A stretch of 64,000 bases of DNA from a virus: the IMG/VR virus record IMGVR_UViG_3300045412_000547. One strand, 5' to 3'. The number at the start of each line of letters is the position of its first letter. The first letter of the stretch is position 1. This document shows, one piece after another, positions 49,337 to 59,378 of the stretch. Below the pieces are notes generated by a model. The model was not told the DNA's origin. It searched no databases and was given only the letters and a program-made list of their open reading frames with translations. The position numbers and the translations under genes were made by a program.

Positions 49337-52300
49337 TTACTCCAATACATTTAATCCTTTTGAAAGATAAAAAGAAAACAGATTTTCAACTATTCCCTTA
49401 TCTGATATCCAGTTTGTATATGAACTATTAAATGGAGATAAAGTAGTAAGACCGTCTTTCCAATTTATTATGTTATTGTAAAAAGTATTTTCCGGCTTAT
49501 CTATAAATTCAAAAAATTTATAGTAGTTTCCTATATAAGATCCAGATATTGTATCAGATGCTACTAATCCCCATCCCCAATCATTAGAATAAGATGAAAG
49601 AGGTACTGTGCTTAAAAGTGTAAATCTAGATTCATTTACTAGATTGTATGTGTCGGAAAATATTTCATATGCAATAATAGGTACCCCTATTGAAATTTTA
49701 CTAGTAAGAACAGATAATTCAGTACCGCGATTTACAGCATAATAAGAATTATTTACAGATCCTTTATCATAAAAATTTAAATTAAATTTATTTTGATCGC
49801 CCCATAAAATATTATGTTTTAATGAAAGTAAATTAACTAATCTTTTTAGGTTAGGAGGAAACGGATAGTTATAATCTTCAAATTGAATCCCTAATTCGTA
49901 GCAAAACGATATTAGCGAATCAACATTACATTTGTCAATATCACCATTATTATCAATAAAATTAGCTATTTTTTCATAAACAGTCTTACCTAGTGTATAC
50001 GGCATAGAACTTACATTACCTACTATTGTTCCTAAAAACGTATCTAAAAAATTGTTATAGCTAAGCATAAAATCTTGAAAAGTAATCTGCTTATAGTATT
50101 CCGTCATATCAAAATTTTCATTTTCTTTTGTAAGTTCATACTTACCATTGGAAGAATATATATTAAAGACTGCAGAAGTACCTGTAATGGTTCTAACTAA
50201 GGATTCAGAATACATGTATTTGTTAATCCATCTAAATCCGTTCCAATCGCCGTATGCTTGATATCTTTTTTCCTCCCATGCAGAAATAGGATAAGATGTA
50301 TCATCCAGCATACCCGGTAATAATGAAGCACTGTTTATCGGGTATGGCGGGTAAAACGCATCCACATAATAAATTCTTCCATCAATGTTATTAATAGCCC
50401 ATATATACTGAGATGTATCACATATAATACCGTCAATGCTTTGAATATGACTTGTGTTATTAGCAGACCCTACCTTAACATCTGTACGTTGGGCTGTATA
50501 TGCATCAATACGTGAAATAGTATCCCGATCATGTGAAACCCATGCATTCTGTCCACCATCTACACAAATATTACCAATTAATCTAAAGCCGGACAACGGA
50601 TATTGAGGAATTAAATTGCCGTTAAAATCATATTTAAATAAATAATCGTTCCTAGATGATAAACTAAATGCACTTATTGTAGAATTGTTTAAGCAGGTTA
50701 CCCAAACCATTTTATTTCTATCTACGCAAACTTCTACCGGTGAGTATAATGGTACGAACGGAATTACTTTTATTGTACTGCCGTATGTATTGTATTTTAT
50801 TAGTAGAGAGCTTATCGGGTGCGTATAAGCAACCCAAAGATTATTATCAAAATCAGTATCTACAGAAGAAGGTAGAAGAGTATTTTCACCAGCAAAACCG
50901 CTAAGCTGAGGTAAATTATAATCAGAACTTAAATGATAAACTAAATTTTGATAATGCGGGTATGCTATATTTGTTATGACACCCGACAGCGCATGTACTT
51001 TAACTGTTGAAATACTGTCAAACAAGGATACCCATATATCTGAATTTTTATCTAACGCAATACTATTAGGAGCAGCGCTACTTAATACCGGTGATCTATA
51101 ATTCAAATAAGCTACATTACCACTTGAATCTATAATAGTCTTAAAAGAAGTAAAGTCGAAAGAAGATAAAATTTCACCGGTGTTAGCATTTAATTTAAGA
51201 AGAGTATCTGCTACACCGTCTGCTACCCATGGGCGGTAGTCTTCTTCTACACCAGCTCCGGAAATTGCACATGCAATAGCGTATTGATTTCTGTTTTCAT
51301 CAACAAATATATTTGTTTTTTGTGATGAGAGAAATATACCTACGGTACCTAAGCAAGAACTTATAATTTGCTGTCTAAAAAACCTTCCAATATATCTAGA
51401 TTGTGGCTGTGCGATCCAAGAGATAAGAGTATCTTTAGGAAAATTAACGGGGTCTTCTACTAATACGGAACCCGTAAGCACTACATTTTCTACTGAGTAA
51501 GGGCTTACTAGATATCCTTTGAAAAAGCCTCCAATAGTGTGCGGTGTCTCTTCATTAAAATCTTCATAAAAAGATATGCCTGTTAAAGGTGTATATGTTT
51601 CATTACTAAAAACCTTAGAATATTTGCATAAACCAAATTTTAAATCGTAGTAACCAGTAGCCGTTCTTGTATCCGTTAAAGATGATGATAGTGGTGGGTA
51701 TGTTTTTGTTGTATAGTTTTCGTTATCTTTAAATTTTATAACGAAAGGTATTTCTGAATTTTGCCAGCTATGGTATGGTATGTCGAACGAAGTTGCTGAT
51801 AAATGACCTTCGCCGTCAATACCGTTAGTAGTAATAGAAAGACGTTGAGCAGGGTTATGTCTAACCTTAATAATAGGCATAGTAGTATAATTAATATTTT
51901 GAAACCCGCCCGGTGGGTAAAGAACAAAATCAAAAATATTACTGTATGTTGAATAAAAATCTTTAAACTTACTATTATCAATGGACGCAAAAATAATTAT
52001 TGGGTTTTCTCTTGATGTGTAATTTTTTACTTTATCATCAACGTAGTGTGCTTCGCATTGTCCAGTTGTACCACAAAAGAAGGACCCAGGATCATTTTTG
52101 TTACACAAAACTAATTGCTTATTATCATTTATTCTTGCATAAATTAAAACATTAGTAGTGCTTAACTTATCAACAACAACATACTGTTCAGTGTCGCCTA
52201 TTTTAAATTTACCGTAAAATCTTGAAAGAAGTCTAAGATGTGACCATTTATCGCTGTAATACCTACTAACATTAAGATAATCACCAGAAGCACCAGAAGC

Positions 52301-52771
52301 ATAAAAATTTATTGTATAGCCTTCTGCACTTAATGCAGGCCAAGATTGCCAGCTAGAATACCGGCGCACTACTAATGGTTCAATTAGTTTACTAGCCGGT
52401 ACGTCATAAATTAACCTTTTAAAAACTTCAAATCTTATTTCATCATGAACAAAATCTCTTATAGTGATAATCGGCTGATAAGTATTATCAAAAGCGTTAC
52501 CCGCAGCATCGAAAACTGTTAAATTCGGTTTATATTTACCAGGCCATTTGTAAATGTGAATAGCTGTTAAATCTGAACTGTAAGTACCGTCACCAAAATC
52601 CCATCTAATTTTTTTATTGGAAATATTGTTTTCTGTAGAAAGTAGCGGAGATGTAGTAAAGTCCGGTACAAAAGTTAACGGTGTTATATCAATAGTATAA
52701 GAAGATAAGCTACTACGACCGGAATAATCTCTTACATCGTAAAAGAGATATGTAAAGTTTGTAGTTGCCAT
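49337..52771 (-). CDS. Baseplate protein with PKD domain and beta-propeller (gp7-position wedge component)
   Basis: WDFGDG...HIYKWPGKY..LTV (PKD); DxxxxxWV propeller repeats; follows gp6. Confidence 0.65.
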   Translation of the reverse strand: MATTNFTYLFYDVRDYSGRSSLSSYTIDITPLTFVPDFTTSPLLSTENNISNKKIRWDFGDGTYSSDLTAIHIYKWPGKYKPNLTVFDAAGNAFDNTYQPIITIRDFVHDEIRFEVFKRLIYDVPASKLIEPLVVRRYSSWQSWPALSAEGYTINFYASGASGDYLNVSRYYSDKWSHLRLLSRFYGKFKIGDTEQYVVVDKLSTTNVLIYARINDNKQLVLCNKNDPGSFFCGTTGQCEAHYVDDKVKNYTSRENPIIIFASIDNSKFKDFYSTYSNIFDFVLYPPGGFQNINYTTMPIIKVRHNPAQRLSITTNGIDGEGHLSATSFDIPYHSWQNSEIPFVIKFKDNENYTTKTYPPLSSSLTDTRTATGYYDLKFGLCKYSKVFSNETYTPLTGISFYEDFNEETPHTIGGFFKGYLVSPYSVENVVLTGSVLVEDPVNFPKDTLISWIAQPQSRYIGRFFRQQIISSCLGTVGIFLSSQKTNIFVDENRNQYAIACAISGAGVEEDYRPWVADGVADTLLKLNANTGEILSSFDFTSFKTIIDSSGNVAYLNYRSPVLSSAAPNSIALDKNSDIWVSLFDSISTVKVHALSGVITNIAYPHYQNLVYHLSSDYNLPQLSGFAGENTLLPSSVDTDFDNNLWVAYTHPISSLLIKYNTYGSTIKVIPFVPLYSPVEVCVDRNKMVWVTCLNNSTISAFSLSSRNDYLFKYDFNGNLIPQYPLSGFRLIGNICVDGGQNAWVSHDRDTISRIDAYTAQRTDVKVGSANNTSHIQSIDGIICDTSQYIWAINNIDGRIYYVDAFYPPYPINSASLLPGMLDDTSYPISAWEEKRYQAYGDWNGFRWINKYMYSESLVRTITGTSAVFNIYSSNGKYELTKENENFDMTEYYKQITFQDFMLSYNNFLDTFLGTIVGNVSSMPYTLGKTVYEKIANFIDNNGDIDKCNVDSLISFCYELGIQFEDYNYPFPPNLKRLVNLLSLKHNILWGDQNKFNLNFYDKGSVNNSYYAVNRGTELSVLTSKISIGVPIIAYEIFSDTYNLVNESRFTLLSTVPLSSYSNDWGWGLVASDTISGSYIGNYYKFFEFIDKPENTFYNNIINWKDGLTTLSPFNSSYTNWISDKGIVENLFSFYLSKGLNVLE

Positions 52772-54624
52772 CAGTACTCCCTTACAAGAGACTGTATAGA
52801 AGGTGTAACAACAACAATTTTATTTACAAAATCTATAACATTGTTTATGTAAGGGAATTTATAATAGGGAAGCTGGGTATCCTGTGAAATAATATCTATA
52901 TCATCATATGGATACACGGGATTATATATCACCATACTTACACCAGGAACTTGATATGTGTTTCCATTATAAAGTGTCTTTGTTTTAATATCATCAACAC
53001 CTTCTAAAGCTAATATTTCATTCGTTATGTCTGTAAAAGAAATTAGTTTTCCTAAATTATCTGAAGTAGTTGAAAAGTAATTTTTAAAAATATCGTAAAT
53101 TTGAAGTTTTAGTTCTTCAGGGTTTCTTTTGGCTGTTATGCTTCTGGTAATTTGCAAAGTAGCGTTGGTTGTTACATCGGGACTTAAAACAACATTAGGT
53201 ATATTAACTGCAAAATCTAAACCTACATAAATAGGATCTATAATTACGGGCTCGCAGGTAGTAATTTTTATATCTAAAAGATCATTGAGAATGATCTGTT
53301 TTTGAGCTGAATTAAGATAATTTACCCTCGTAGTAAGAGATGTTAATTTGTTGAGTCTCGGTACAGCGTAAATATATACATTATTAAAATTACAAGAATC
53401 AGAAAATTTTACTTGATTAAAGAGCACACGAGAATTTAAATTAGGTTTATCTACTCCCAAATCAAAATAATATTTTAAATGCCCGGAAGTATAATCCCAA
53501 TTATTAACAACTTTAGAAGAACAAATTATATTACCGTAATTTTTATCTATAAACGTTTTAAAGTCATTACTAGTTATTAATCTATACTGCGATTTAAATG
53601 TATTGAGAGCATTATTTTTAATGTTTTGAACGCTTTCACGTAAAACATACTGTGTAGAAGGATTGCTGTTCGTAAAAGTAATAAAAGTAGAATTATTATT
53701 ATCAATAAGATTTATACCGGAGGGAATAATATTAGATTTTATTTGATCAAACCTTAGTGTTGAGTAGAAAAACAATCTGCTATTATTAAGTTGATTTGAA
53801 CCTATCTCTCCTTTAGAGCCATTAGTTCTCAAATAATATATAGCAACTTCATCGTTTTCGTTAAGCTTTTTACCGGTAACATTATTACCAAATTTAATTT
53901 CGTATCTTTCATTTTCATTCATTCTTATTTCATATGTATTACTATTGCTTTTTTCAAGAAAAAGTGACTGTGTAGGGGACCATTGCTTCCAAGTAGGGTT
54001 ATTAGAATTATTTTCCTTTACATAAACATGAATATTAAAGTGATCTATTTCGATATTATTGCCATTTGAATCTACTATAGTAATCGTTAATTGTTCGAAA
54101 GGTTCACCTGTTGCAATATATGAAGGATATTCAGTCCATGTACCTTGATACAGTAAATTATTTTCCTCTAAATCAGTTAATCTTTCAAGTTCATTAGTTA
54201 ATTTTGTAAAGGTAATATCTTTATTAAAAGTATAGTTTATACCATTAACAGTGAAATAAGAATATCTAGCTATAGTATATGTACCCTGTTGAAGTGAAGT
54301 TGAACCTGTTGCTTCAAACGAAAGAATAGGTGTTTGATACCCTATGGGGTTGTAATTTAAAATTTTTACTATTTTATTAATATTGTCATATATTTCAGAA
54401 GTTGAAAAGTTACTTTCTGATGCAGTCCTATTTAAATAAAATAAAAGTACGTGATATGCGTAAGAAACTATATCGATAATTGAGTTTAAGTTACTTCCTT
54501 CATACCTTTGATCTGAAAATACATTAGATGTATTCAGTCGTTGAATAATAAGATTTTTAAGGCTAGTAGCATCGAATGCTACATAGCCGTCTGTAGGTAA
54601 TGAGTAATCACTAAATTCTGACAT
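52771..54624 (-). CDS. Baseplate wedge subunit, T4 gp6-like
   Basis: FD..SLK......L....FSD..YEGSNL..IIDIVSY, LNYNP, YEIKFGN..GK, YYLRTNG and QYRLITSNDF. Confidence 0.88.
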   Translation of the reverse strand: MSEFSDYSLPTDGYVAFDATSLKNLIIQRLNTSNVFSDQRYEGSNLNSIIDIVSYAYHVLLFYLNRTASESNFSTSEIYDNINKIVKILNYNPIGYQTPILSFEATGSTSLQQGTYTIARYSYFTVNGINYTFNKDITFTKLTNELERLTDLEENNLLYQGTWTEYPSYIATGEPFEQLTITIVDSNGNNIEIDHFNIHVYVKENNSNNPTWKQWSPTQSLFLEKSNSNTYEIRMNENERYEIKFGNNVTGKKLNENDEVAIYYLRTNGSKGEIGSNQLNNSRLFFYSTLRFDQIKSNIIPSGINLIDNNNSTFITFTNSNPSTQYVLRESVQNIKNNALNTFKSQYRLITSNDFKTFIDKNYGNIICSSKVVNNWDYTSGHLKYYFDLGVDKPNLNSRVLFNQVKFSDSCNFNNVYIYAVPRLNKLTSLTTRVNYLNSAQKQIILNDLLDIKITTCEPVIIDPIYVGLDFAVNIPNVVLSPDVTTNATLQITRSITAKRNPEELKLQIYDIFKNYFSTTSDNLGKLISFTDITNEILALEGVDDIKTKTLYNGNTYQVPGVSMVIYNPVYPYDDIDIISQDTQLPYYKFPYINNVIDFVNKIVVVTPSIQSLVREY

Positions 54625-54626
54625 AA

Positions 54627-55103
54627 TTAGTTAAATATAAACCCCGAATTACTTAATGTGCCTGGTATAGTAATGCCTGCTATTTTCATACGTGGAGCTG
54701 TAATAGTAAGCAAAATATAATACTGTTGATTTTCTTCATCAGGAATAACCTTGAGTGATTCTATTGAAACTCTATCTATTTCATATATTCCAATACCCCT
54801 TCGTATTTCCTGACCTATACTCTCAGCTACATTCATTGATATGGGTTCAAACAAGTAACGCGATAGACCTATCCCAAAATCTGGATTTAAGAGCTTTTGA
54901 CCTGGAAATGTATTAAAAAGATTAAAAAGTGACGATTTTATGGCACCTAAATCATATAATGCTTTTAAATCTTTAATTTCATCCTTTTTTAATAATTGAT
55001 TGTTTTTTGTAAATTGATATTCTAAATCTAGCTTTATATCGCTGTAAGTAAAGTTCTTAAATGTTTTTGTCGGTGCTTTAACAGATAGTATCTTGATAGC
55101 CAT
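54627..55103 (-). CDS. Baseplate wedge / sheath initiator, T4 gp25-like
   Basis: YSDIKLD...AIKSSLFNLFNT.PGQK..NPDFG..L..YLFEP. Confidence 0.9.
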   Translation of the reverse strand: MAIKILSVKAPTKTFKNFTYSDIKLDLEYQFTKNNQLLKKDEIKDLKALYDLGAIKSSLFNLFNTFPGQKLLNPDFGIGLSRYLFEPISMNVAESIGQEIRRGIGIYEIDRVSIESLKVIPDEENQQYYILLTITAPRMKIAGITIPGTLSNSGFIFN

Positions 55104-55161
55104 TAAAATATTTATAAAAATAACTATTTTTAAAATGGGTAGGAGAAGAATAAATAATTAT

Positions 55162-55785
55162 GTGAATAAAAAATTTGTCAAGTTGTTTGAAGCGACCATA
55201 TCTAGGTTTAATCGAGGTGGGTTTTTAGCTAGTGACAGAGTTTCGTTTGTTGACAATGTTTTACGTAATGATTATTTTAAAAAACAGCCAGAAGAATTAG
55301 CTAATGCAGTTAAAGAGTTAATAAATTGTGGTCTTAACTTGAGAGTAAAAAATATTAAGTCCACTTTTCCTGCTGTCGGGGGAGCAGGGAATCCAGATAA
55401 TTTTGGATATAGTTTCGCTGTTGAAGTTGCACCAGAAATAGCTCCAGGTAGATTGGATACTAATAAAACTGTTACCGTTCCTGCTGAACTTTTAGTACGC
55501 CAGGACGATGGTATAAATTTACCTCCCGTACCAGATTCGTTGGTAAGAAAAGATAGTTCATATATTAAACCTAAAAAAACATCAGATATTAAACAAGAAG
55601 AAATTCCCTTTTATCGCCCACATAATCAAACACATTTATCTAATGTAAATGGTAAAAATGTTGAGGGCGATAGAGAGCTTAAAAATATTAATGTTACAAT
55701 TCCGTCTTCGCCTGCTGTTGGTGTAAAAGACCCTGCCATATCAGGTTTTCCAGACAGTTATACGATAGCTTATTTACCTAAGTAA
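55162..55785 (+). CDS. Hypothetical late protein (start revised from 55093 to GTG 55162)
   Basis: TAAATA-N5-GTG in frame; this start avoids overlap with the divergent gp25 gene. Confidence 0.6.
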   Translation: MNKKFVKLFEATISRFNRGGFLASDRVSFVDNVLRNDYFKKQPEELANAVKELINCGLNLRVKNIKSTFPAVGGAGNPDNFGYSFAVEVAPEIAPGRLDTNKTVTVPAELLVRQDDGINLPPVPDSLVRKDSSYIKPKKTSDIKQEEIPFYRPHNQTHLSNVNGKNVEGDRELKNINVTIPSSPAVGVKDPAISGFPDSYTIAYLPK

Positions 55786-56722
55786 TATCGGATAGCTGTA
55801 TAAAACAGCTATAGCAATTTATTTCTTGGTCTACAACAAATGCGCTTCTGTATAAATGCTCTGCAATTATTAGAAGGTATTTTTTTTTAAGCTCTAAATT
55901 TAATTCAGTTTCATTATAGAATTTTTCATCTATAAAATTAAATAAACCTCTTAGTAAATTTACATAATCTGAATTAAATTTTTGCTCATTTTCAATTAAC
56001 GACTTTCTTAATGAAAGTATATTTTTAGATTGAATATTAGTAAGAATAAGTTTCAATACATCGTTAGTTTTGTTTTCAACTATAGATAACTTGCCTGAAG
56101 AAGATGCTTTATGTAGTTCGTTTATACATTTACGGAGATCGGGGTAAAAAGTTTTTACTATGTGTGCAACTTTTATTTTATCTTGTTCAGATATAGATAT
56201 ATTTTCATTCTTTAAAATATATAAACATCTTTTTGCAACAAAAGTAAGTGGAGGTACTAAATCTAGACTCTGGCATCTGCTTTGAAGAGCAATAATGATT
56301 CTGTGTTTATAGTTAGCAGTAAGAATAAAACGAGTAATTTTAGAGTGCTCTTCCATAGTGTTGCGAAGAGCTCGTTGTCCATCAAGAGAAAGACCGTCCG
56401 TTTCATCTAAAATTATAACTTTTATTTTGCCATCTATACTTTTAGTTTGAGCGAAGTTAGTAACTTTAGTTCGAATAGTATCAATACCGTTTTCATCACT
56501 TGCATTTATATATAAATACTGACACTTTAAAATATCATTAACAATAATTTTAGCTAATGATGTTTTTCCTATACCGGGCGTTCCTGTAAATAATAAATTA
56601 GGTATTTCATTTTTTTCAGTAAATGAATTAATAACAATTTTATTTTCTTCTGAGATAACAAAATCATCCAACGTTTTAGGTCTGTATTTTTCGACCCATA
56701 TATTATTAAAATCTAAACTCAT
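55778..56722 (-). CDS. Clamp loader ATPase subunit (T4 gp44 / RFC small)
   Basis: WVEKYRP, GTPGIGKTS, INASDENG, ILDETD, LQSRC and PDLRK.IN. Confidence 0.93.
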   Translation of the reverse strand: MSLDFNNIWVEKYRPKTLDDFVISEENKIVINSFTEKNEIPNLLFTGTPGIGKTSLAKIIVNDILKCQYLYINASDENGIDTIRTKVTNFAQTKSIDGKIKVIILDETDGLSLDGQRALRNTMEEHSKITRFILTANYKHRIIIALQSRCQSLDLVPPLTFVAKRCLYILKNENISISEQDKIKVAHIVKTFYPDLRKCINELHKASSSGKLSIVENKTNDVLKLILTNIQSKNILSLRKSLIENEQKFNSDYVNLLRGLFNFIDEKFYNETELNLELKKKYLLIIAEHLYRSAFVVDQEINCYSCFIQLSDIT

Positions 56723-57174
56723 TTACCAGAGGATCCAAAACCTTTATCATTTCTATCTGTTAACTCTGCTGTACCCCAATCTATAGCCATAGGTATATTT
56801 AAATATAATACAAACTGAGCAATGCGTTCCCCAGCTTTAATTTCATAGTCTTTGTCTCCTAAATTATAAAGTTTAATACCCGCGTCACCTCTATATCCAT
56901 TATCAATTATACCTGGATGAGCGAGTATACTGTGTTTAAAACCTAATCCGCTTCTACTTTCGACTTTAATCCAATATCCGTCTGGTATACTTGCAAATTT
57001 TAACCCGACGTTAACTATGTTATTACCTTTAGAGGGTATAATTTTATCTTCGATAGAATATACATCAAAACCAGTATCAGATTCATGATTTTTTGTAGGA
57101 AGTTTGGCATTGTCATGGGTCTTTTCAAATTTTAAAACAGGCATATATAATAAATTAGGATCGCTGTAATACAT
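56719..57174 (-). CDS. dut: dUTPase (trimeric)
   Basis: TGFD, RSGLG, GIIDNGYRG, ERIAQ and R..KGFGSSG motifs I-V. Confidence 0.95.
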   Translation of the reverse strand: MYYSDPNLLYMPVLKFEKTHDNAKLPTKNHESDTGFDVYSIEDKIIPSKGNNIVNVGLKFASIPDGYWIKVESRSGLGFKHSILAHPGIIDNGYRGDAGIKLYNLGDKDYEIKAGERIAQFVLYLNIPMAIDWGTAELTDRNDKGFGSSGK

Positions 57175-57222
57175 AATAACATTTTATAATGCAAACCACA
57201 AAATTCAACATAAGTAATTTAG

Positions 57223-57681
57223 ATGAGTGATGAACTTAACGAAATGGTTGGTGATTTACTAAATCAGCTTCAAACCGCAGAAAAAAAAGCTAAAGATGTT
57301 GAAAAAGAGAAAGACCCTTTAAAAAAGGAGAACTTAGAAAAATTTGTAATTGAGAATGCAGGCAGATTAGTTGAAGAAAGTTTAGGTATGATAAAAAATG
57401 TTAAGGACTACATAATTTCAGCTCCTGAACATAAAGATGTTACAGCGTTAGCAGATTTAGTTGCAGCTACCTCATCAGCTATTGAAACGTTGAACAAAAT
57501 AATTGTTACGGACAAAAGAAATGAAGCTATTATTAAGGTCAAAGAAATGGATATTAAAAATAGACAAGAAAAATACGAAGGAGAAATCCAGCCTAAGAAA
57601 TTATTATCCAGAGAGGAGGTGTTTAAGATGTTAATTGATGATAGAATAACGGATGCAAAAATTATTAAAGATAAAAATTAA
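57223..57681 (+). CDS. Helical protein, possibly terminase small subunit (gp16-like)
   Basis: Coiled-coil character; LVEESL...APE...ALADLV...LNK and LSREEV tail resemble T4-like gp16; late motif upstream. Confidence 0.4.
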   Translation: MSDELNEMVGDLLNQLQTAEKKAKDVEKEKDPLKKENLEKFVIENAGRLVEESLGMIKNVKDYIISAPEHKDVTALADLVAATSSAIETLNKIIVTDKRNEAIIKVKEMDIKNRQEKYEGEIQPKKLLSREEVFKMLIDDRITDAKIIKDKN

Positions 57682-59378
57682 CATTTAAAAAACTTATCAA
57701 AGAAATTCTTAAACACATTGTTAAAGTTAAATTTAATTTTTTCTGCTAACTTACTAAAGTCAAAGAAGTTAATAAAATTATTAATAAGAGCTTGAATCTT
57801 TGATTCGAAATCGGCAAAAGGATTAGATAAAGTAAAGTCATATAGACCGGACGTATCTACTGTAGGAGGAACAAAGTTACATACAACATCCTTTAAAGAT
57901 TGAACGAGCTGAAGTGCGCCGGCAGGATTAGCAATCATAGCTGGATTCATAACTATTGAAGGTCCTAGTTCTGCTAAAGTTTGTAGAGAGCCAAAATTAA
58001 CTTTAGGAATAATATTGGGTATTCCAAAATTACCTAATAAATTGGTTATTTGACTTATTGAACCTGTTATACCTGTGTTATCTAAATTAGGAATAAAATT
58101 ACCGGGTAAAAATGTAGAGAAATCTACTGACGGTAAACCTAAAGGTACTCCTAAGCTTGAAATTTCAGAAACATATTGAAATGCAGTATTTTGAGATAAA
58201 ATTTGAGTTAATTGGTTATCGAGTTTAGTTATCGGGTTAGTAAATCTTTGATTAAGTTCTCCTATAAACTCATTAACTCTAGGAGTAAAATTAGTAAAGC
58301 TATTTATATTTAAATTTTCTGTGGTTGTATAAAATCTATTACGATTAAAATCTTCTGCAGTATTAAAATACTGTGTATCTATAGCCGATGAAGTAGTTTC
58401 AGATGCAGATGCATTGTAAGATAATGTTGATTTTAATGATGCTAAAGATCTCTGTATTGTTGTAGGTGTGATAACAGGTTGAGCCTTTTTGTTTAGTAAA
58501 TCTAATTTTTGAGAAAGACCTTCAACCTTTACATCTATAAGATATCTATAGATTTTTTGAAGATTGGAATAAATTTCATTTTCTGAAAAGTTTCTAGGGT
58601 TATAAGCAACACTATCATTTAAATTACTGTAATATGAAATATAATTAAACGTTCTATAAAATTCTTTTTGTAAAAGCTTAACAAAAGAACTCATGTTCTT
58701 TACATTTTCATTGAAATAGTTTAGATCGGTAATAAGATTTACCGAATGTGCAACAGTGGGATCTAGTTTATCTATCATTACACCGCGCTTACAGTACTGA
58801 ATATTAACAAGGTTTGTTCTTAATAATGTAGTTGTTCTTCTGCTTAATTCTTCTGATATTTCTTTGGCATTATCGCTAAGCTTGTTATTTATAGATACCG
58901 GCCAGGTTACAGGTTGCGAATACTGAAATAAATGCGTATCAAAATAAGGAATAACTGCATCGTCTAGCTTAACTTTTGAATTTACTAATGATCCTATACT
59001 ATCACTAACATCGTCGTAATAGCTTTGTAATTTATTTTCGTTTTCTAGCTTACTTTTAGTCAAATCCTTAATAGTTTTTACTGTATTATTATATTTTTTA
59101 ACCCAATAAACTACAAATTCATTATTAAATTTATCTAAGTAAGTATTATCTAAAGAGGAATAAAAATCACTTAAAGCAGAAACTTGGTCGGATGCTTGAA
59201 TAGTAGCACGATAGTTAATTGCAGTGCTAAGTTCTGTTACGTAAGTTCCGACATAATCTATAAAATTGGTGTAATTTTTTATTGAATCTAGTGTTGAAGC
59301 GAGTTCTGTGTCTAAAAACTCAGGATAAAGTGTTTTATTAAATGTTTTATTATTTTGACTAGAAGAAGGAATAATCAT
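57678..59378 (-). CDS. Hypothetical baseplate-associated protein
   Basis: 566 aa, ATGA-coupled downstream of the hub gene. Confidence 0.5.
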   Translation of the reverse strand: MIIPSSSQNNKTFNKTLYPEFLDTELASTLDSIKNYTNFIDYVGTYVTELSTAINYRATIQASDQVSALSDFYSSLDNTYLDKFNNEFVVYWVKKYNNTVKTIKDLTKSKLENENKLQSYYDDVSDSIGSLVNSKVKLDDAVIPYFDTHLFQYSQPVTWPVSINNKLSDNAKEISEELSRRTTTLLRTNLVNIQYCKRGVMIDKLDPTVAHSVNLITDLNYFNENVKNMSSFVKLLQKEFYRTFNYISYYSNLNDSVAYNPRNFSENEIYSNLQKIYRYLIDVKVEGLSQKLDLLNKKAQPVITPTTIQRSLASLKSTLSYNASASETTSSAIDTQYFNTAEDFNRNRFYTTTENLNINSFTNFTPRVNEFIGELNQRFTNPITKLDNQLTQILSQNTAFQYVSEISSLGVPLGLPSVDFSTFLPGNFIPNLDNTGITGSISQITNLLGNFGIPNIIPKVNFGSLQTLAELGPSIVMNPAMIANPAGALQLVQSLKDVVCNFVPPTVDTSGLYDFTLSNPFADFESKIQALINNFINFFDFSKLAEKIKFNFNNVFKNFFDKFFKC

